From NCBI GenBank assembly GCA_013334245.1, contig JAAXXZ010000003.1, positions 2 to 64,001 on the forward strand: a stretch of 64,000 nucleotides of DNA, in the 5' to 3' direction. Of the stretch, positions 45,034 through 54,519 are shown in pieces (positions within the stretch are counted from its first letter, which is position 1; each line of letters opens with the position of its first letter). Origin of the DNA: Candidatus Moraniibacteriota bacterium (GTDB lineage Bacteria > Patescibacteriota > Minisyncoccia > Moranbacterales > UBA1568). The position numbers were made by a program, and so were the translations under genes. The notes beneath the pieces are model-generated. The model did not search any database. It was not told where the DNA came from and saw nothing but the letters and a program-made list of their open reading frames with translations.

Positions 45034-45062
45034 TTGACAAATAAGCAAATAAAGGGTATTCT
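45034..45062 (+). promoter_or_regulatory. consensus-like sigma70 promoter (TTGACA-17-TATTCT)
   Basis: ttgaca 45034-45039, 17-nt spacer, tattct 45057-45062. Upstream of a lower-GC segment. Confidence 0.4.
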
Positions 45063-45192
45063 GTACATTATTCCGATTTCTCGGAAGCGAGGAACGGAAT
45101 CAGTTCATTAACAGCGGGGTGACCGGAACGGATAGCGCAGCGGATGTCTCTTACGAGGTCTCTGATGCGCTCTCCGATTTCCGGAGGGTGTA

Positions 45193-45750
45193 ATGTCAAA
45201 ACCCCAACAGCACATGCAAGCGTTTAAGAAAGGCTTGATCCTTCCCGATGTTAAACGGAAGTGGTTGTATAATAGCGAGAAGATGGTGATTGACCTTCTT
45301 GGTACTGCGGGCGCTCCGATCTTTCGACTGAACGTCATCGATCGAAGGAGCTTACTCGTGAAAGAGAGAGGATGCGATGAAATGCCGATCCTTCTCGACT
45401 TACAGATATTATTCCGAAGTTCTGAAAGTCGTGTTCTCGATGGGCTTCCGGGATTCACGGTCGATAGGAGAGCCGGTTCGGGTGGATTACTGTTTATGTA
45501 TTGCGATCCTGGGATAAAGGTTCGCTTTCCGAGAAAATCAAACCCTGTCATGGCAATCGACATGGAAACGAAAACTGTCAATACCACTCCTTTTGTAGGA
45601 ACGGACGGTTATTGCTGGTTTGAACATCCAACAGAGCTCGTGGTCGCTTTGGATCAGGGTGGACGAGTCGAAAGTGCTCGCGATTTCAGAGAAAAGAGCA
45701 AGGTTAGATGTGTCCGTTTTTCGTGTAAGGACTTTATTTTGCTGTACTAA
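45193..45750 (+). CDS. hypothetical protein in a lower-GC segment
   Basis: 185-aa ORF. More protein-like than the antisense ORF 45108-45587. No recognised domain. Confidence 0.3.
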   Translation: MSKPQQHMQAFKKGLILPDVKRKWLYNSEKMVIDLLGTAGAPIFRLNVIDRRSLLVKERGCDEMPILLDLQILFRSSESRVLDGLPGFTVDRRAGSGGLLFMYCDPGIKVRFPRKSNPVMAIDMETKTVNTTPFVGTDGYCWFEHPTELVVALDQGGRVESARDFREKSKVRCVRFSCKDFILLY

Positions 45751-45840
45751 ACAACGCAATGCGGCTAAAATCTCCCGGAGTTAATCGAAGGGAGATTTTG
45801 CATATATGATATAATTCACATCATTCATAGTAATTACTGT

Positions 45841-47244
45841 ATGGCACTCATGATCAGCGTGTCGGGAATCCGGGGGATAATCGGGGAGGATCTGACACCG
45901 AAAAATCTGGTTTCGTATACGCAGGCATTCGCCGCATGGGTCACGAAGGGGCGCGTAGGGGAGGGGAGGCCGAAGATCGTTATCGGTCGAGACACGCGTC
46001 CATCCGGCGTTCAGATAGTGCCGCTCGTCGCCGAAACACTCGCCTTGTCCGGTATCGAGGTAGTCGATCTCGGTGTCGCGACGACGCCGACGGTCGAGCT
46101 TGTTGTTACGGAAAACGGGGCCGATGCGGGCATCATCGTGACCGCCTCGCACAATCCGATAGAATGGAACGCGCTGAAGCTACTGAACCGATCGGGTGAA
46201 TTTCTTGGTCCGGACGAACTCGCGGATTTTTTGTCGATCGCGGAAACGGAGTCGTTCACTCCCGCCCGGTGGGATGAGATAGGATCGACCGTCTCGGACA
46301 AAACGGCGGACGAGATGCATCTCGGAAAGATACTCTCGTTGCCGTTCGTGGATACGGATATGATCGATAGGGCGGGACTGAGCGTACTGATCGATGCTGT
46401 CGAGGGGGCGGGATCGGCGGTGGTTCCGGAGTTGTGTTCGCGATTGGGAATCGGACGGGTGGAGACGTTCGCGTGCGGAGGAACGGGCATTTTCCCGCGC
46501 AATCCCGAGCCGATCGCGGACAATCTCTCGGAAACGGTTTCACGAATGAAGGAAAGCGGATGCGATTTCGGTATCATCGTCGATCCGGATGTCGATCGGG
46601 TGGCGCTCATCCAAGAAGACGGGGAACTGTTCGGTGAGGAATACACGTTGGTCGCTTGTGCCGATTATTACTTGAAAAAGTTTCCGGGGACGGTGGTGAA
46701 CAATCTTTCCAGCAGTCGGGCTCTCCGGGATATTGCACAGCGGTATGGCCAGAAATGCGTGAGTGCGAAAGTGGGAGAGGCGAATGTCGTCACGATCATG
46801 AAGGAAGAACGCGCGACGATAGGAGGGGAGGGGAACGGCGGTATCATCCTGCCGTCGCTCCATTACGGACGGGACGCGCTTATCGGCATAGCGATTTTCG
46901 TGACCGCGTTCGCGGAGTGGCGAGCCGGCAGGTCGGATGCCGAGGAAAAAACGCTTTCGGCGTTCCGGAAAACGTTTCCCGCATATTTCATGGCCAAGAA
47001 GAAACTGGAGGTCTCGATACCGAAGGAGGAACTTGCCGGATTGTTCGCGAAGATCGCCGGGTCGCATCCTGATGCGGTCGCGGATACGCGCGACGGTCTC
47101 AAACTCGATTTCCCGGAGTATTGGGTGCATTTGCGCGCCTCGAATACTGAACCGATCATCCGTATCTATACCGAGGCGAAGACGGCCGAGGATGCCGATC
47201 GAGTGGCGGATGCGTTCATGCGGGAAATCTCATCCGTTCGTTAG
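45841..47244 (+). CDS. alpha-D-phosphohexomutase (phosphoglucomutase/phosphomannomutase/GlmM family)
   Basis: 467 aa with SGIRG near the N-terminus and active-site loop TASHNPIEWNALK (phospho-Ser). Mg-binding DPDVDR. Confidence 0.85.
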   Translation: MALMISVSGIRGIIGEDLTPKNLVSYTQAFAAWVTKGRVGEGRPKIVIGRDTRPSGVQIVPLVAETLALSGIEVVDLGVATTPTVELVVTENGADAGIIVTASHNPIEWNALKLLNRSGEFLGPDELADFLSIAETESFTPARWDEIGSTVSDKTADEMHLGKILSLPFVDTDMIDRAGLSVLIDAVEGAGSAVVPELCSRLGIGRVETFACGGTGIFPRNPEPIADNLSETVSRMKESGCDFGIIVDPDVDRVALIQEDGELFGEEYTLVACADYYLKKFPGTVVNNLSSSRALRDIAQRYGQKCVSAKVGEANVVTIMKEERATIGGEGNGGIILPSLHYGRDALIGIAIFVTAFAEWRAGRSDAEEKTLSAFRKTFPAYFMAKKKLEVSIPKEELAGLFAKIAGSHPDAVADTRDGLKLDFPEYWVHLRASNTEPIIRIYTEAKTAEDADRVADAFMREISSVR

Positions 47245-47444
47245 CGCCGGTACCGTTGACAGGGAACGGGTCTTGTGCGACCATCATGGCAAATGAGGCT
47301 TCGTTCTTTCTTTTTCGTGCCGGAGTGATTCCTCAGCCTCGATAACGTTCCGGAGAATTCTCGACGAGGGGGTGATCGGATATGTCCAGTGGGCCGCTAC
47401 CGTGAGTGCGTAGCGGTCCACTATTATATTCAAAACGCTCAAAC

Positions 47445-47475
47445 AAAAAGCATGACCACGAAGGTCATGCTTTTT
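47445..47475. terminator. bidirectional intrinsic terminator between convergent genes
   Basis: aaaaagcatgacc-acgaa-ggtcatgcttttt. Confidence 0.8.
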
Positions 47476-47496
47476 GCGTATATATCACTCTTGATA

Positions 47497-48966
47497 TCAG
47501 CGGACGTGATCCCGAAGGTCGATGACTTCGTCTATCCGGATGCGTGCGACAAAGTCGGGAACGTGAGAGACGAAAATCATCGCGCCCTTATAGGCGTCGA
47601 GTGCGTCCGCGATCACGGGTATGTGCCGGAAATTGATATGGTTCGTGGGTTCGTCGAGGATGAGGAGGTTCGGCTGACGCAGGAAGAGCTGCGCGAACAT
47701 GAGCAGGCCCTTCTGTCCTTCGGACAGGGACGCTACCGGGAGCTGTAACAGTTCCGCGGGAATGAGGAATCGCGCCGCCGCCTTGAATACGTCTTCCTTC
47801 GTGCCGATGTCCATCGCGGATTCAAGTTCCTCGAACGCGGTCTTGTCGAAGTCGAGCGTAGAGAAATCCTGGCGATAGTATCCGATCTTCGCGCCCGGAG
47901 CGATATCGACGAGGTCGGAATTCCCGGAGACCAATGCCTCGAGCAGGGTGCTTTTTCCGATGCCGTTCGGTCCGGAAATCAGCAGGTGGGTATCCTTCTT
48001 GAGAACAAGATTCACGGGTGATATCTTTGGTCCGTCCGGCGTCATGACGGAGACGGACTTGATCGTGATGATGGGTCCGACGGATTCGGTCGCCGGAATC
48101 TCGAACGGAGGAAGCGTCTTGTCTTCCCGTTTGACGTCCACCTTGTTGTCCTCGAGTTCCTGCGCCATGTCCCGCATGCGCTTCGCGACGGATCGGAGTT
48201 TGCCTCCCTTGTTCGCGAAGACGTTCGCCTGGTCCTTCTTTTCCTTGATGGTGTGCTCGAGCCGGGCATTCTCGCGCTGTTCCTTCTCGATGCGACGGGA
48301 AATCTCCTCGACCACGTCGTAATAGTTTCCGGAATACTGTTCCATCTTATGCGTATGAACGTCGAGGTAGAGGACTCCGTCCGTGAACGCGTTCAGGAAG
48401 TCGGCGTCGTGGGAAATGACAATAAGCGTCTTGTGATAGGCCATCAGAAAGGCGGTCAGGTGCGCGATGCCTTCGTCGTCAAGGTTGTTCGTCGGTTCGT
48501 CGAGCAGCAGTATGTCGGGATCCTTGATGAGTGCCGAAGCGAGAAGTATCCGTGCCTGCTGGCCGCCGGAAAATTCACGGAGTTTCTTTTCAAGCGGGGG
48601 GACGGGCAGGTTCACGACTTCGAGCACTTCCTTGATCTTGACCGGAAGCTCCCATTCCTTCCCTGGGAAACCGTCGGCGAAGAAGTCGTGTATGGTCTCG
48701 TCGAGACGATCGCGTGGAATGACTTGCCTGCCGATGGCGACGGTCGAATTCGGATCGATGGATATCCGTCCACTCTCAGGTTTGCGCTCGTCCATGATGA
48801 GGCTGAACAGCGAGCTTTTCCCGGCACCGTTCTGACCCATGAGGGCTATCTTGGTGCCTCCGCGCACCGAAAAATTGACCGCGTCGAGGACGGGTTTGCG
48901 GTGCCGATATTCGAATGAGACCTCGCTGAACCGGAGGACGATGTTGTCTTTGGCCATCGTGTACAA
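47497..48966 (-). CDS. ABC-F family ATPase (two ABC domains, no TMD; EttA/Uup-like)
   Basis: 489 aa with two Walker A sites GQNGAGKSS and GPNGIGKST, two LSGG signatures and an inter-domain linker. Confidence 0.85.
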   Translation of the reverse strand: MYTMAKDNIVLRFSEVSFEYRHRKPVLDAVNFSVRGGTKIALMGQNGAGKSSLFSLIMDERKPESGRISIDPNSTVAIGRQVIPRDRLDETIHDFFADGFPGKEWELPVKIKEVLEVVNLPVPPLEKKLREFSGGQQARILLASALIKDPDILLLDEPTNNLDDEGIAHLTAFLMAYHKTLIVISHDADFLNAFTDGVLYLDVHTHKMEQYSGNYYDVVEEISRRIEKEQRENARLEHTIKEKKDQANVFANKGGKLRSVAKRMRDMAQELEDNKVDVKREDKTLPPFEIPATESVGPIITIKSVSVMTPDGPKISPVNLVLKKDTHLLISGPNGIGKSTLLEALVSGNSDLVDIAPGAKIGYYRQDFSTLDFDKTAFEELESAMDIGTKEDVFKAAARFLIPAELLQLPVASLSEGQKGLLMFAQLFLRQPNLLILDEPTNHINFRHIPVIADALDAYKGAMIFVSHVPDFVARIRIDEVIDLRDHVR

Positions 48967-49048
48967 AAAAATGCCGTTCTGCTTACGGATCCGGCTTCAT
49001 GACCAGTATAGGCCGAAAGAGGGGAATTGTCGAGCGCTGGGATGCGGT

Positions 49049-49798
49049 TCAAAGACCGAGCGAGGAAAGAAACTCGTCCTTTTCCGCTCCCTTGAGGTCT
49101 CGGTAGGCGCCGGGGGCGAGACTGCCGAGCGTGATGTTCATGATACGGACGCGCTTGAGCGCGATGACGGTTCCGCCGACGGCCGAAAGCATGCGTCGTA
49201 TCTGGTGTTTGCGACCTTCCGTGATGGTCATGGAGATCATACTCGGGCCTTTCTTGACGATGCGGCAGGGCTTCGTCGGACCGTCTTCGATGACGATGCC
49301 GCGTTCCATCGCCTCGATCATTTCATTTTTCAGGTGTTCCTGAACGGTGACCAGATACTCTTTTTCATGATTGAAGCGAGGAGAGAGAAGCCGCTCCGTT
49401 ATGCGACCGTCGTCCGTCAGGATGATGAGGCCTTCGGACTCCTTGTCGAGGCGGCCGATCGGGTAGACGCCGGAAACGGGGAATATATCCGCGATCGACC
49501 GATCATGATGCCCCTTTTCGGAATGCGTAAGGATGCCCCGCTTCTTGTTGTAGACGATATACCGATACGACCTCGGTTTGTACCCCTTCACGACGACCTC
49601 GTCGCCTTGGAGCACGCGATCGGTCAGGACGGCGACGCGGTTGTTGATGGTCACCTTGCCTTTCACGATGAGTTCCTCGGCTCCGCGGCGCGTCGAAACG
49701 CCGGTCAACGCGAGGTATCGGTTGATGCGGACGGGATAGGGGATATCGTCCTTCTTTTTTGTCGGATAGGTCTTTGCGGGAGTAGTCGGTGCGGGCAT
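49049..49798 (-). CDS. RsuA/RluB-family pseudouridine synthase with S4 domain
   Basis: S4 RINRYLALTGVSTRRGAEELIVKGKVTIN. Catalytic GRLDKESEGLIILTDDG (Asp in RLD). ATG at 49798 preferred to avoid overlap with the next gene. Confidence 0.85.
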   Translation of the reverse strand: MPAPTTPAKTYPTKKKDDIPYPVRINRYLALTGVSTRRGAEELIVKGKVTINNRVAVLTDRVLQGDEVVVKGYKPRSYRYIVYNKKRGILTHSEKGHHDRSIADIFPVSGVYPIGRLDKESEGLIILTDDGRITERLLSPRFNHEKEYLVTVQEHLKNEMIEAMERGIVIEDGPTKPCRIVKKGPSMISMTITEGRKHQIRRMLSAVGGTVIALKRVRIMNITLGSLAPGAYRDLKGAEKDEFLSSLGL

Positions 49799-49811
49799 GT
49801 CTGTGGCGTGA

Positions 49812-50975
49812 TTATGAGACGACCGAGTCGTCGAATTCCTCGATGTCACGTGATTTCTTTATCGAGAGCGAGACGGATTCCTTGTCCGGAATCTTCGCCG
49901 CCTCGACCGCCTTTCGTGCGGAGACGGGGAGTACGGGGAGAATCCCCCGTAACGCTGTCCCATCAATCTTCCTTATTTCATCCCATTTGTCAAGGGGTAC
50001 GAGGACCTCTCGGAGCTTGTCTTCGTCGTATTTCCAGGTCCTTCGGATCGATTTTCCGACTATTCCGGAAGATCCGAATACCCGGTCGACCTGTTTCCCT
50101 TCCATGTATCGGAGAAGCGTTTCCTGGAGCGCGGCGAAGCGCGTCTTGTCGCTCTTCATCCTGTCGCGGAGCGCGAGGATCTCTTCGATCGAGGTCTGCG
50201 CCTCTTCGTCTTCGACGGCCGTTTCTTCCTGGAACTTATGTTTCCAGAACGGACACAGTCGCTGAAATCCGCAGTAGTCGCAGAGTGGGGAGAGTATGGG
50301 ATCGAATTTTCCATCCTCGATGTTCCGTATCGTTTCGAGGAACTGGCGATCGAGATCTTCGAGCTGTTCCCTGGTCCGCGTCGAAGACAGTTTCACTCCG
50401 TGGCGAAGGTAGTAGAGGCTTACCGTGATGCGGTCAAGATGCGCGGTCTCCTTCGGATATCGGTCAAGAAATGCGCGGAGATAAATGGAGAGCTGGAGGT
50501 CGTTGTCGACCTTCTCCTGTGAGGGCATCTTGCGTGCCGTCTTATAGTCGATAATCTCGAAGCCGTCCGGAGTCGCATCAATACGGTCGATGATCCCGGC
50601 GATGACATGTTTGCCGTTTTCCTGGTCTCCGATCTCGATCGCGAAGCGGCTTTCCAGGTCGACGATGGTGAAATCGGCGGGGTTGTTCTTCGCGTAGTAG
50701 TCCGAAATGATCTTGACACCCTGCGTGAACGCGGCGCGTTCCTCGGTCTCGTCCGCGTAGGCGTCCCCGTTCCACGACTGCGAAAACTGGTTGAGCGCGG
50801 CATCGAGCGACGGCTGCATGGGTGCCGGCGTGTGAATGTATCGCAGTACGGAGTGCACAATGGTACCGAAGATCTGTTCCTTGGACTTTGGTTCCTTTAT
50901 CTTGTCGATCGCTTGGAAGCGATACTTCAGCGGACAATTCTTGTAGGCCTCGAGTCCCGAGTAGGATATTCTCAT
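49812..50975 (-). CDS. PD-(D/E)XK nuclease superfamily protein (RecB/Cas4-like) with C-terminal Cys cluster
   Basis: 387 aa. The N-terminus YKNCPLKYRF and IIDYKT (nuclease motif III-like), then C..CGFQRLC (4-Cys arrangement typical of Fe-S RecB-family nuclease domains). Confidence 0.6.
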   Translation of the reverse strand: MRISYSGLEAYKNCPLKYRFQAIDKIKEPKSKEQIFGTIVHSVLRYIHTPAPMQPSLDAALNQFSQSWNGDAYADETEERAAFTQGVKIISDYYAKNNPADFTIVDLESRFAIEIGDQENGKHVIAGIIDRIDATPDGFEIIDYKTARKMPSQEKVDNDLQLSIYLRAFLDRYPKETAHLDRITVSLYYLRHGVKLSSTRTREQLEDLDRQFLETIRNIEDGKFDPILSPLCDYCGFQRLCPFWKHKFQEETAVEDEEAQTSIEEILALRDRMKSDKTRFAALQETLLRYMEGKQVDRVFGSSGIVGKSIRRTWKYDEDKLREVLVPLDKWDEIRKIDGTALRGILPVLPVSARKAVEAAKIPDKESVSLSIKKSRDIEEFDDSVVS

Positions 50976-51071
50976 AGTCGTTCTTTAAAAATGGCAGTTT
51001 AGACCTGATTATATCATGAAAGCAAATTCTTCACTGCGGAGCCATTACGGTATACACTTTGATCATAAATA

Positions 51072-51722
51072 ATGTGTTGGACATGTATGAAGAGTGGAAA
51101 ATGGACCGTGGATAATGTCGAAGATGGTTTAAATAGGTACTTTAAGGAGTTCGGTCGTTTTCCTACTGCACAGGAGATTGATAAAGTTAGTTACCTGCCC
51201 TCGTCACGACAGATTCAGCGGCGCTGGGGCGGGTTAGAGGAGCTAAGACGCCTACTCGGTCACAAGGATATTAATTTTGGTAAAGGTGTCCATAGAAGTA
51301 GGATTGCTCATGAATCCAATGTCAAGGGGAGGAGCGGGGAAGGATCCGTAAGGAAACTATTATGTGAGAGATTTCACGAAGAATTTGTTCATATCGAACG
51401 ACCGATAGATAAAAACAGAAAATTACGTGCAGATTTTTACGTGTACAGTCCCGAGGGAAATTTCTGCGTCGACGTATTTTCTACGGATACATTTCATGAC
51501 CTAGTCACACATATAGGCATAAAGTCCAGAAAATATGCCCATTATAGCGAGAAACTATTTTTTCTCTTAATTTCAGATCAGCTTTCCCAATGTGATATTG
51601 ACCTTTTGATTCAGAGAAAGAAAGTCCCTTTGTCTTCAAATGTATCGCTGGTAACGTTAGAATCGTTCAAGCAAATAATAAGAATTATGCCAAGTTATGA
51701 TTTCGTAGAGCAAAAATTGTAA
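51072..51722 (+). CDS. hypothetical protein in an AT-rich island, possibly a nuclease-fold protein
   Basis: 216 aa in a region of markedly lower GC (about 51000-52150). ERFHEEFVHIERPIDKNRKLRADFYVYSPEGNFCVDV loosely resembles E...D/E-x-K restriction-endonuclease-like cores. Speculative. Confidence 0.35.
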   Translation: MCWTCMKSGKWTVDNVEDGLNRYFKEFGRFPTAQEIDKVSYLPSSRQIQRRWGGLEELRRLLGHKDINFGKGVHRSRIAHESNVKGRSGEGSVRKLLCERFHEEFVHIERPIDKNRKLRADFYVYSPEGNFCVDVFSTDTFHDLVTHIGIKSRKYAHYSEKLFFLLISDQLSQCDIDLLIQRKKVPLSSNVSLVTLESFKQIIRIMPSYDFVEQKL

Positions 51723-52179
51723 ATGCGGGAGGGGAGTGGTACTTATGAGTAAAAGATAGGAATAGAAATAATTTCGCTATTCAATCGTATGACAATGACG
51801 GTAGATAGTGTCAGGCGAGCTAGAGTCTACCGACTGCGGGCGCGATGGCATCTCATTTATTCTATTATAAAATTGATATTCATAAATAATATTGCTTGTG
51901 CCGTATTTATTCATGACATGTCGTACTATGTAACTTATGCGACATGCTAAAAGAAAATTTTATACGGCACCAGGCCGCTTCGTTGTCCGACTCTTTGTGT
52001 TTTAAGATTCCTGGGTGTACGATAGCACATGAAAAGTAACCCTGCAAGATTATGTCAAGAGGTCGATATAGAAGCATGGAACCCTGGCGCTGGTCCTTCG
52101 GTGAAGTTGTCGCCTATATAGTGATGGCCGGCGCGTTCTTCGCTTGGGTTTTCTTACATCAAATCTGACATCGAAACAA

Positions 52180-52674
52180 TCAAGCGTTGACCGTAGCAGA
52201 AACAGCCAGTCGATAGGCTCTCACGATCTGACCCGCTCGTTGCGCACTGATACCAAACACCCGGGCAATCTCCGTCGGCCCGGTTTTCTTTTGGATCAAT
52301 TGTTCCAAGCGCGCGACTCCTCCCTGCGCCTGGTATCGCCGGTCGAAAAAATCGCGATTAAATGCTTTCACGTCCAGGCCAGTATATGCTTCCTGAAATA
52401 TGCTCATTCTTTCGTCTAAAATCGTCCTCTCGGCCTCAATTTCAGTCGGACCCCATGAAAGAACCAACCGGGGGAGTCTGACGCGCTGACGGAGGTATTG
52501 GACGGCCTTACGGCGAAATGAAACAGAGGGTAACGCGGCGACCATCTCCGTCATCTCATACTCCCCTTCAAGATAGATCGATTCGCCGCAGTGCGGACAA
52601 TATTTCACAAAATATCCAAAGCCTCCCTTTTGTGCGCCGATCCAATACGCCTTTCCGATAGTTTTGCTCGCCAT
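52180..52674 (-). CDS. putative DNA-binding protein (zinc ribbon + C-terminal HTH) at the edge of the phage-like module
   Basis: CPHCGESIYLEGEY zinc-ribbon-like and a C-terminal TGPTEIARVFGISAQRAGQIVRA HTH. ATG 52674 chosen because a hairpin lies in the upstream extension. Confidence 0.4.
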   Translation of the reverse strand: MASKTIGKAYWIGAQKGGFGYFVKYCPHCGESIYLEGEYEMTEMVAALPSVSFRRKAVQYLRQRVRLPRLVLSWGPTEIEAERTILDERMSIFQEAYTGLDVKAFNRDFFDRRYQAQGGVARLEQLIQKKTGPTEIARVFGISAQRAGQIVRAYRLAVSATVNA

Positions 52675-52782
52675 ACGCTGAACACAAAGCCACGCGGGCG
52701 AGCGCGTGGCTGTGCGAATTATAGCACATCTCGCCATGCGCCGGAATTCTTTTTCTGTTTATGTTTGTGTTTGTGTTTGTCT

Positions 52783-52955
52783 CTACGCTCCGGACCGGGC
52801 GCCGATATAGTATCCGGCGGCGGCCGTCGCGAGCGATTCGAGCAGCGCGGGCACCTCAATCTTGAGAATGACCGCGACGCAAACCGTCGCAATCACCGAC
52901 AAGGCGAGTATGGCCCGCACACTCCCCTTCGGGAGCCCGAGCGGTTCGTCCGTCA
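52783..52955 (-). CDS. small TM protein (holin/spanin-like)
   Basis: MTDEPLGLPKGSVRAILALSVIATVCVAVILKIEVPALLESLATAAAGYYIGARSGA, adjacent to the endolysin. Confidence 0.35.
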
Positions 52956-52979
52956 TGGCGTTATTCTTAATGCTTAAAC

Positions 52980-53798
52980 TTATTTGATAATGATCGTAAG
53001 CACCATCCCCGCCATAATCAGGCTTGGGTTGGTAACGATCATTTTGTTGGTCTCGTATATCTCGAGCCAACGGGCGGCGCTGCCCAAATATCGTTGTGCG
53101 ATACTTGAGAGCGTTTCGCCTCTCGCAACGGTGTGTTTCACCGTTTCCGGTTCAACCGTATCAGTCTTCAACACGTCCGGAATCCGTAATTCCTGCCCGA
53201 CACGAATCGTACCGGGTTCCTTCAAAATGTCAGCGTTCGCAGCAAATATCTCAGGCCAGCGCGCAGAACTTCCCAGATACGCGCGCGCAAGTCCTGAAAG
53301 CGTATCGCCGGAAACCACCCTATGGCGCGTCGGTCGAATGGTTACCCCTTCCGCTTCGCGAAACAGCGCGGGCTGATTCAAAAACATCTGCGGATCCATC
53401 AACGCACCATCCTTCCATACGGAAAGATGCAAATGCGCCCCCGTAGATTGTCCGCTGTTTCCGGACTTGCCGATCTTCTGCCCAAGACTGACGTTGTCGC
53501 CAGGCTTCAATCGATCATCGATTTCGCTCATATGGCCGTATAATGCTTCGTATCGTCCATCGGCCGATCGTATGACAACCATCCGGCCGTAGCCGGTCAG
53601 TTGCCAGCGCTCAATACGCGAGACCCATCCGTCGAATATCGCTAAAAGCGGCGTGCCAGTCGGCACGGCAAAATCGGTGCCATTGTGATGGCCTCCATTT
53701 GTCTTATACATTTGCGGCCAATAGTTCCAGAATTTCTGCGAAACAGGGTATTCCCCTTCAAACGCTTTCGGCTTAATGTCTGTGCTCATAATCGTCAT
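52980..53798 (-). CDS. phage endolysin: M23 (LytM) peptidase domain + two LysM domains
   Basis: HNGTDFAVPTGTPL...GNSGQSTGAHLHLSV is the M23 H-x3-D / H-x-H metallopeptidase pattern. Two LysM repeats follow (HRVVSGDTLSGLARAYLG... and HTVARGETLSSIAQRYLG...). Confidence 0.85.
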   Translation of the reverse strand: MTIMSTDIKPKAFEGEYPVSQKFWNYWPQMYKTNGGHHNGTDFAVPTGTPLLAIFDGWVSRIERWQLTGYGRMVVIRSADGRYEALYGHMSEIDDRLKPGDNVSLGQKIGKSGNSGQSTGAHLHLSVWKDGALMDPQMFLNQPALFREAEGVTIRPTRHRVVSGDTLSGLARAYLGSSARWPEIFAANADILKEPGTIRVGQELRIPDVLKTDTVEPETVKHTVARGETLSSIAQRYLGSAARWLEIYETNKMIVTNPSLIMAGMVLTIIIK

Positions 53799-54020
53799 TT
53801 AATGATTTATCCTACAAGCTTTTATATCGTTCACGCTGTCGCGTATCCACTTGATGTCAGTCTGAATCGCAGAAATTGCGGCATCAAGCTTGTCATGCGC
53901 CTCTACACGTTTCTCAAGCGTTGAAACGCGCTTTTCATTCGATCTCCAAATGACAGCGATCAACGCGATCGAAACGGTCCACGCAAGCGCAAAAATCGGA
54001 AATGGTACTTGGTCGGGCAT
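53799..54020 (-). CDS. holin-like small membrane protein
   Basis: 73 aa with an N-terminal TM (FPIFALAWTVSIALIAVIW) and a charged coiled C-terminus. The stop overlaps the endolysin start (TAAATG). Confidence 0.4.
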   Translation of the reverse strand: MPDQVPFPIFALAWTVSIALIAVIWRSNEKRVSTLEKRVEAHDKLDAAISAIQTDIKWIRDSVNDIKACRINH

Positions 54021-54021
54021 A

Positions 54022-54519
54022 TTACGAAACCTTAAAGACGCTTAATCGCGGAGTATAAACCACACGCGCCGCTCCTGAGTCTTGATAAATTTGCGCCTCA
54101 ATATAATCGCCCGGTACAAAATTAAAACAATCCGACAATGATCCAGCGTATCGTCCGGGTGCATCTTTTGAAAAAAAACAATCAGCAAGTTGGCTTCCAT
54201 TTTTTGCAATCGCAAACGCTCTTCCGGAACCACTGGTCGATGCTTCTATAGATGCACCAAAATTCACAAAATATACGCCGGCTTGATTGATAACAATCCG
54301 TTTATTCGTAGTATCGACCGTAATGTCGCCCGTTTGCGAGTCCACAGTCGCCGTGGAAGTCACTTTAGAAAAAACGCCAGAGGGACTCGAAAAATTGGCA
54401 AAGGCCAACTTCCCCTGTATCGGCGCTTTCGTGGTTGCAATAGTCAATGCCCGGATAGCATCCGCAATAGCCTTTAACGCCAAAATAATTCCTGAAAAAG
54501 AAATCTTTTCCATATTCAT
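54022..54519 (-). CDS. phage structural protein, fibre-tip-like (beta-rich)
   Basis: 165 aa, Ser/Thr/Gly-rich beta-type sequence. Position between large fibre-like gene and holin. Confidence 0.35.
   Translation of the reverse strand: MNMEKISFSGIILALKAIADAIRALTIATTKAPIQGKLAFANFSSPSGVFSKVTSTATVDSQTGDITVDTTNKRIVINQAGVYFVNFGASIEASTSGSGRAFAIAKNGSQLADCFFSKDAPGRYAGSLSDCFNFVPGDYIEAQIYQDSGAARVVYTPRLSVFKVS

Noticed and set aside
45108-45587. 159-aa minus-strand ORF
   Set aside because: Competes with the plus-strand ORF 45193-45750. Neither is supported by motifs. The plus strand was kept at low confidence because it follows a consensus promoter.
48839-50428. 529-aa plus-strand ORF, the longest non-assigned ORF in the window
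   Set aside because: Antisense to the pseudouridine synthase and PD-(D/E)XK nuclease genes. Arg/Gly/Ser-rich with no motifs.
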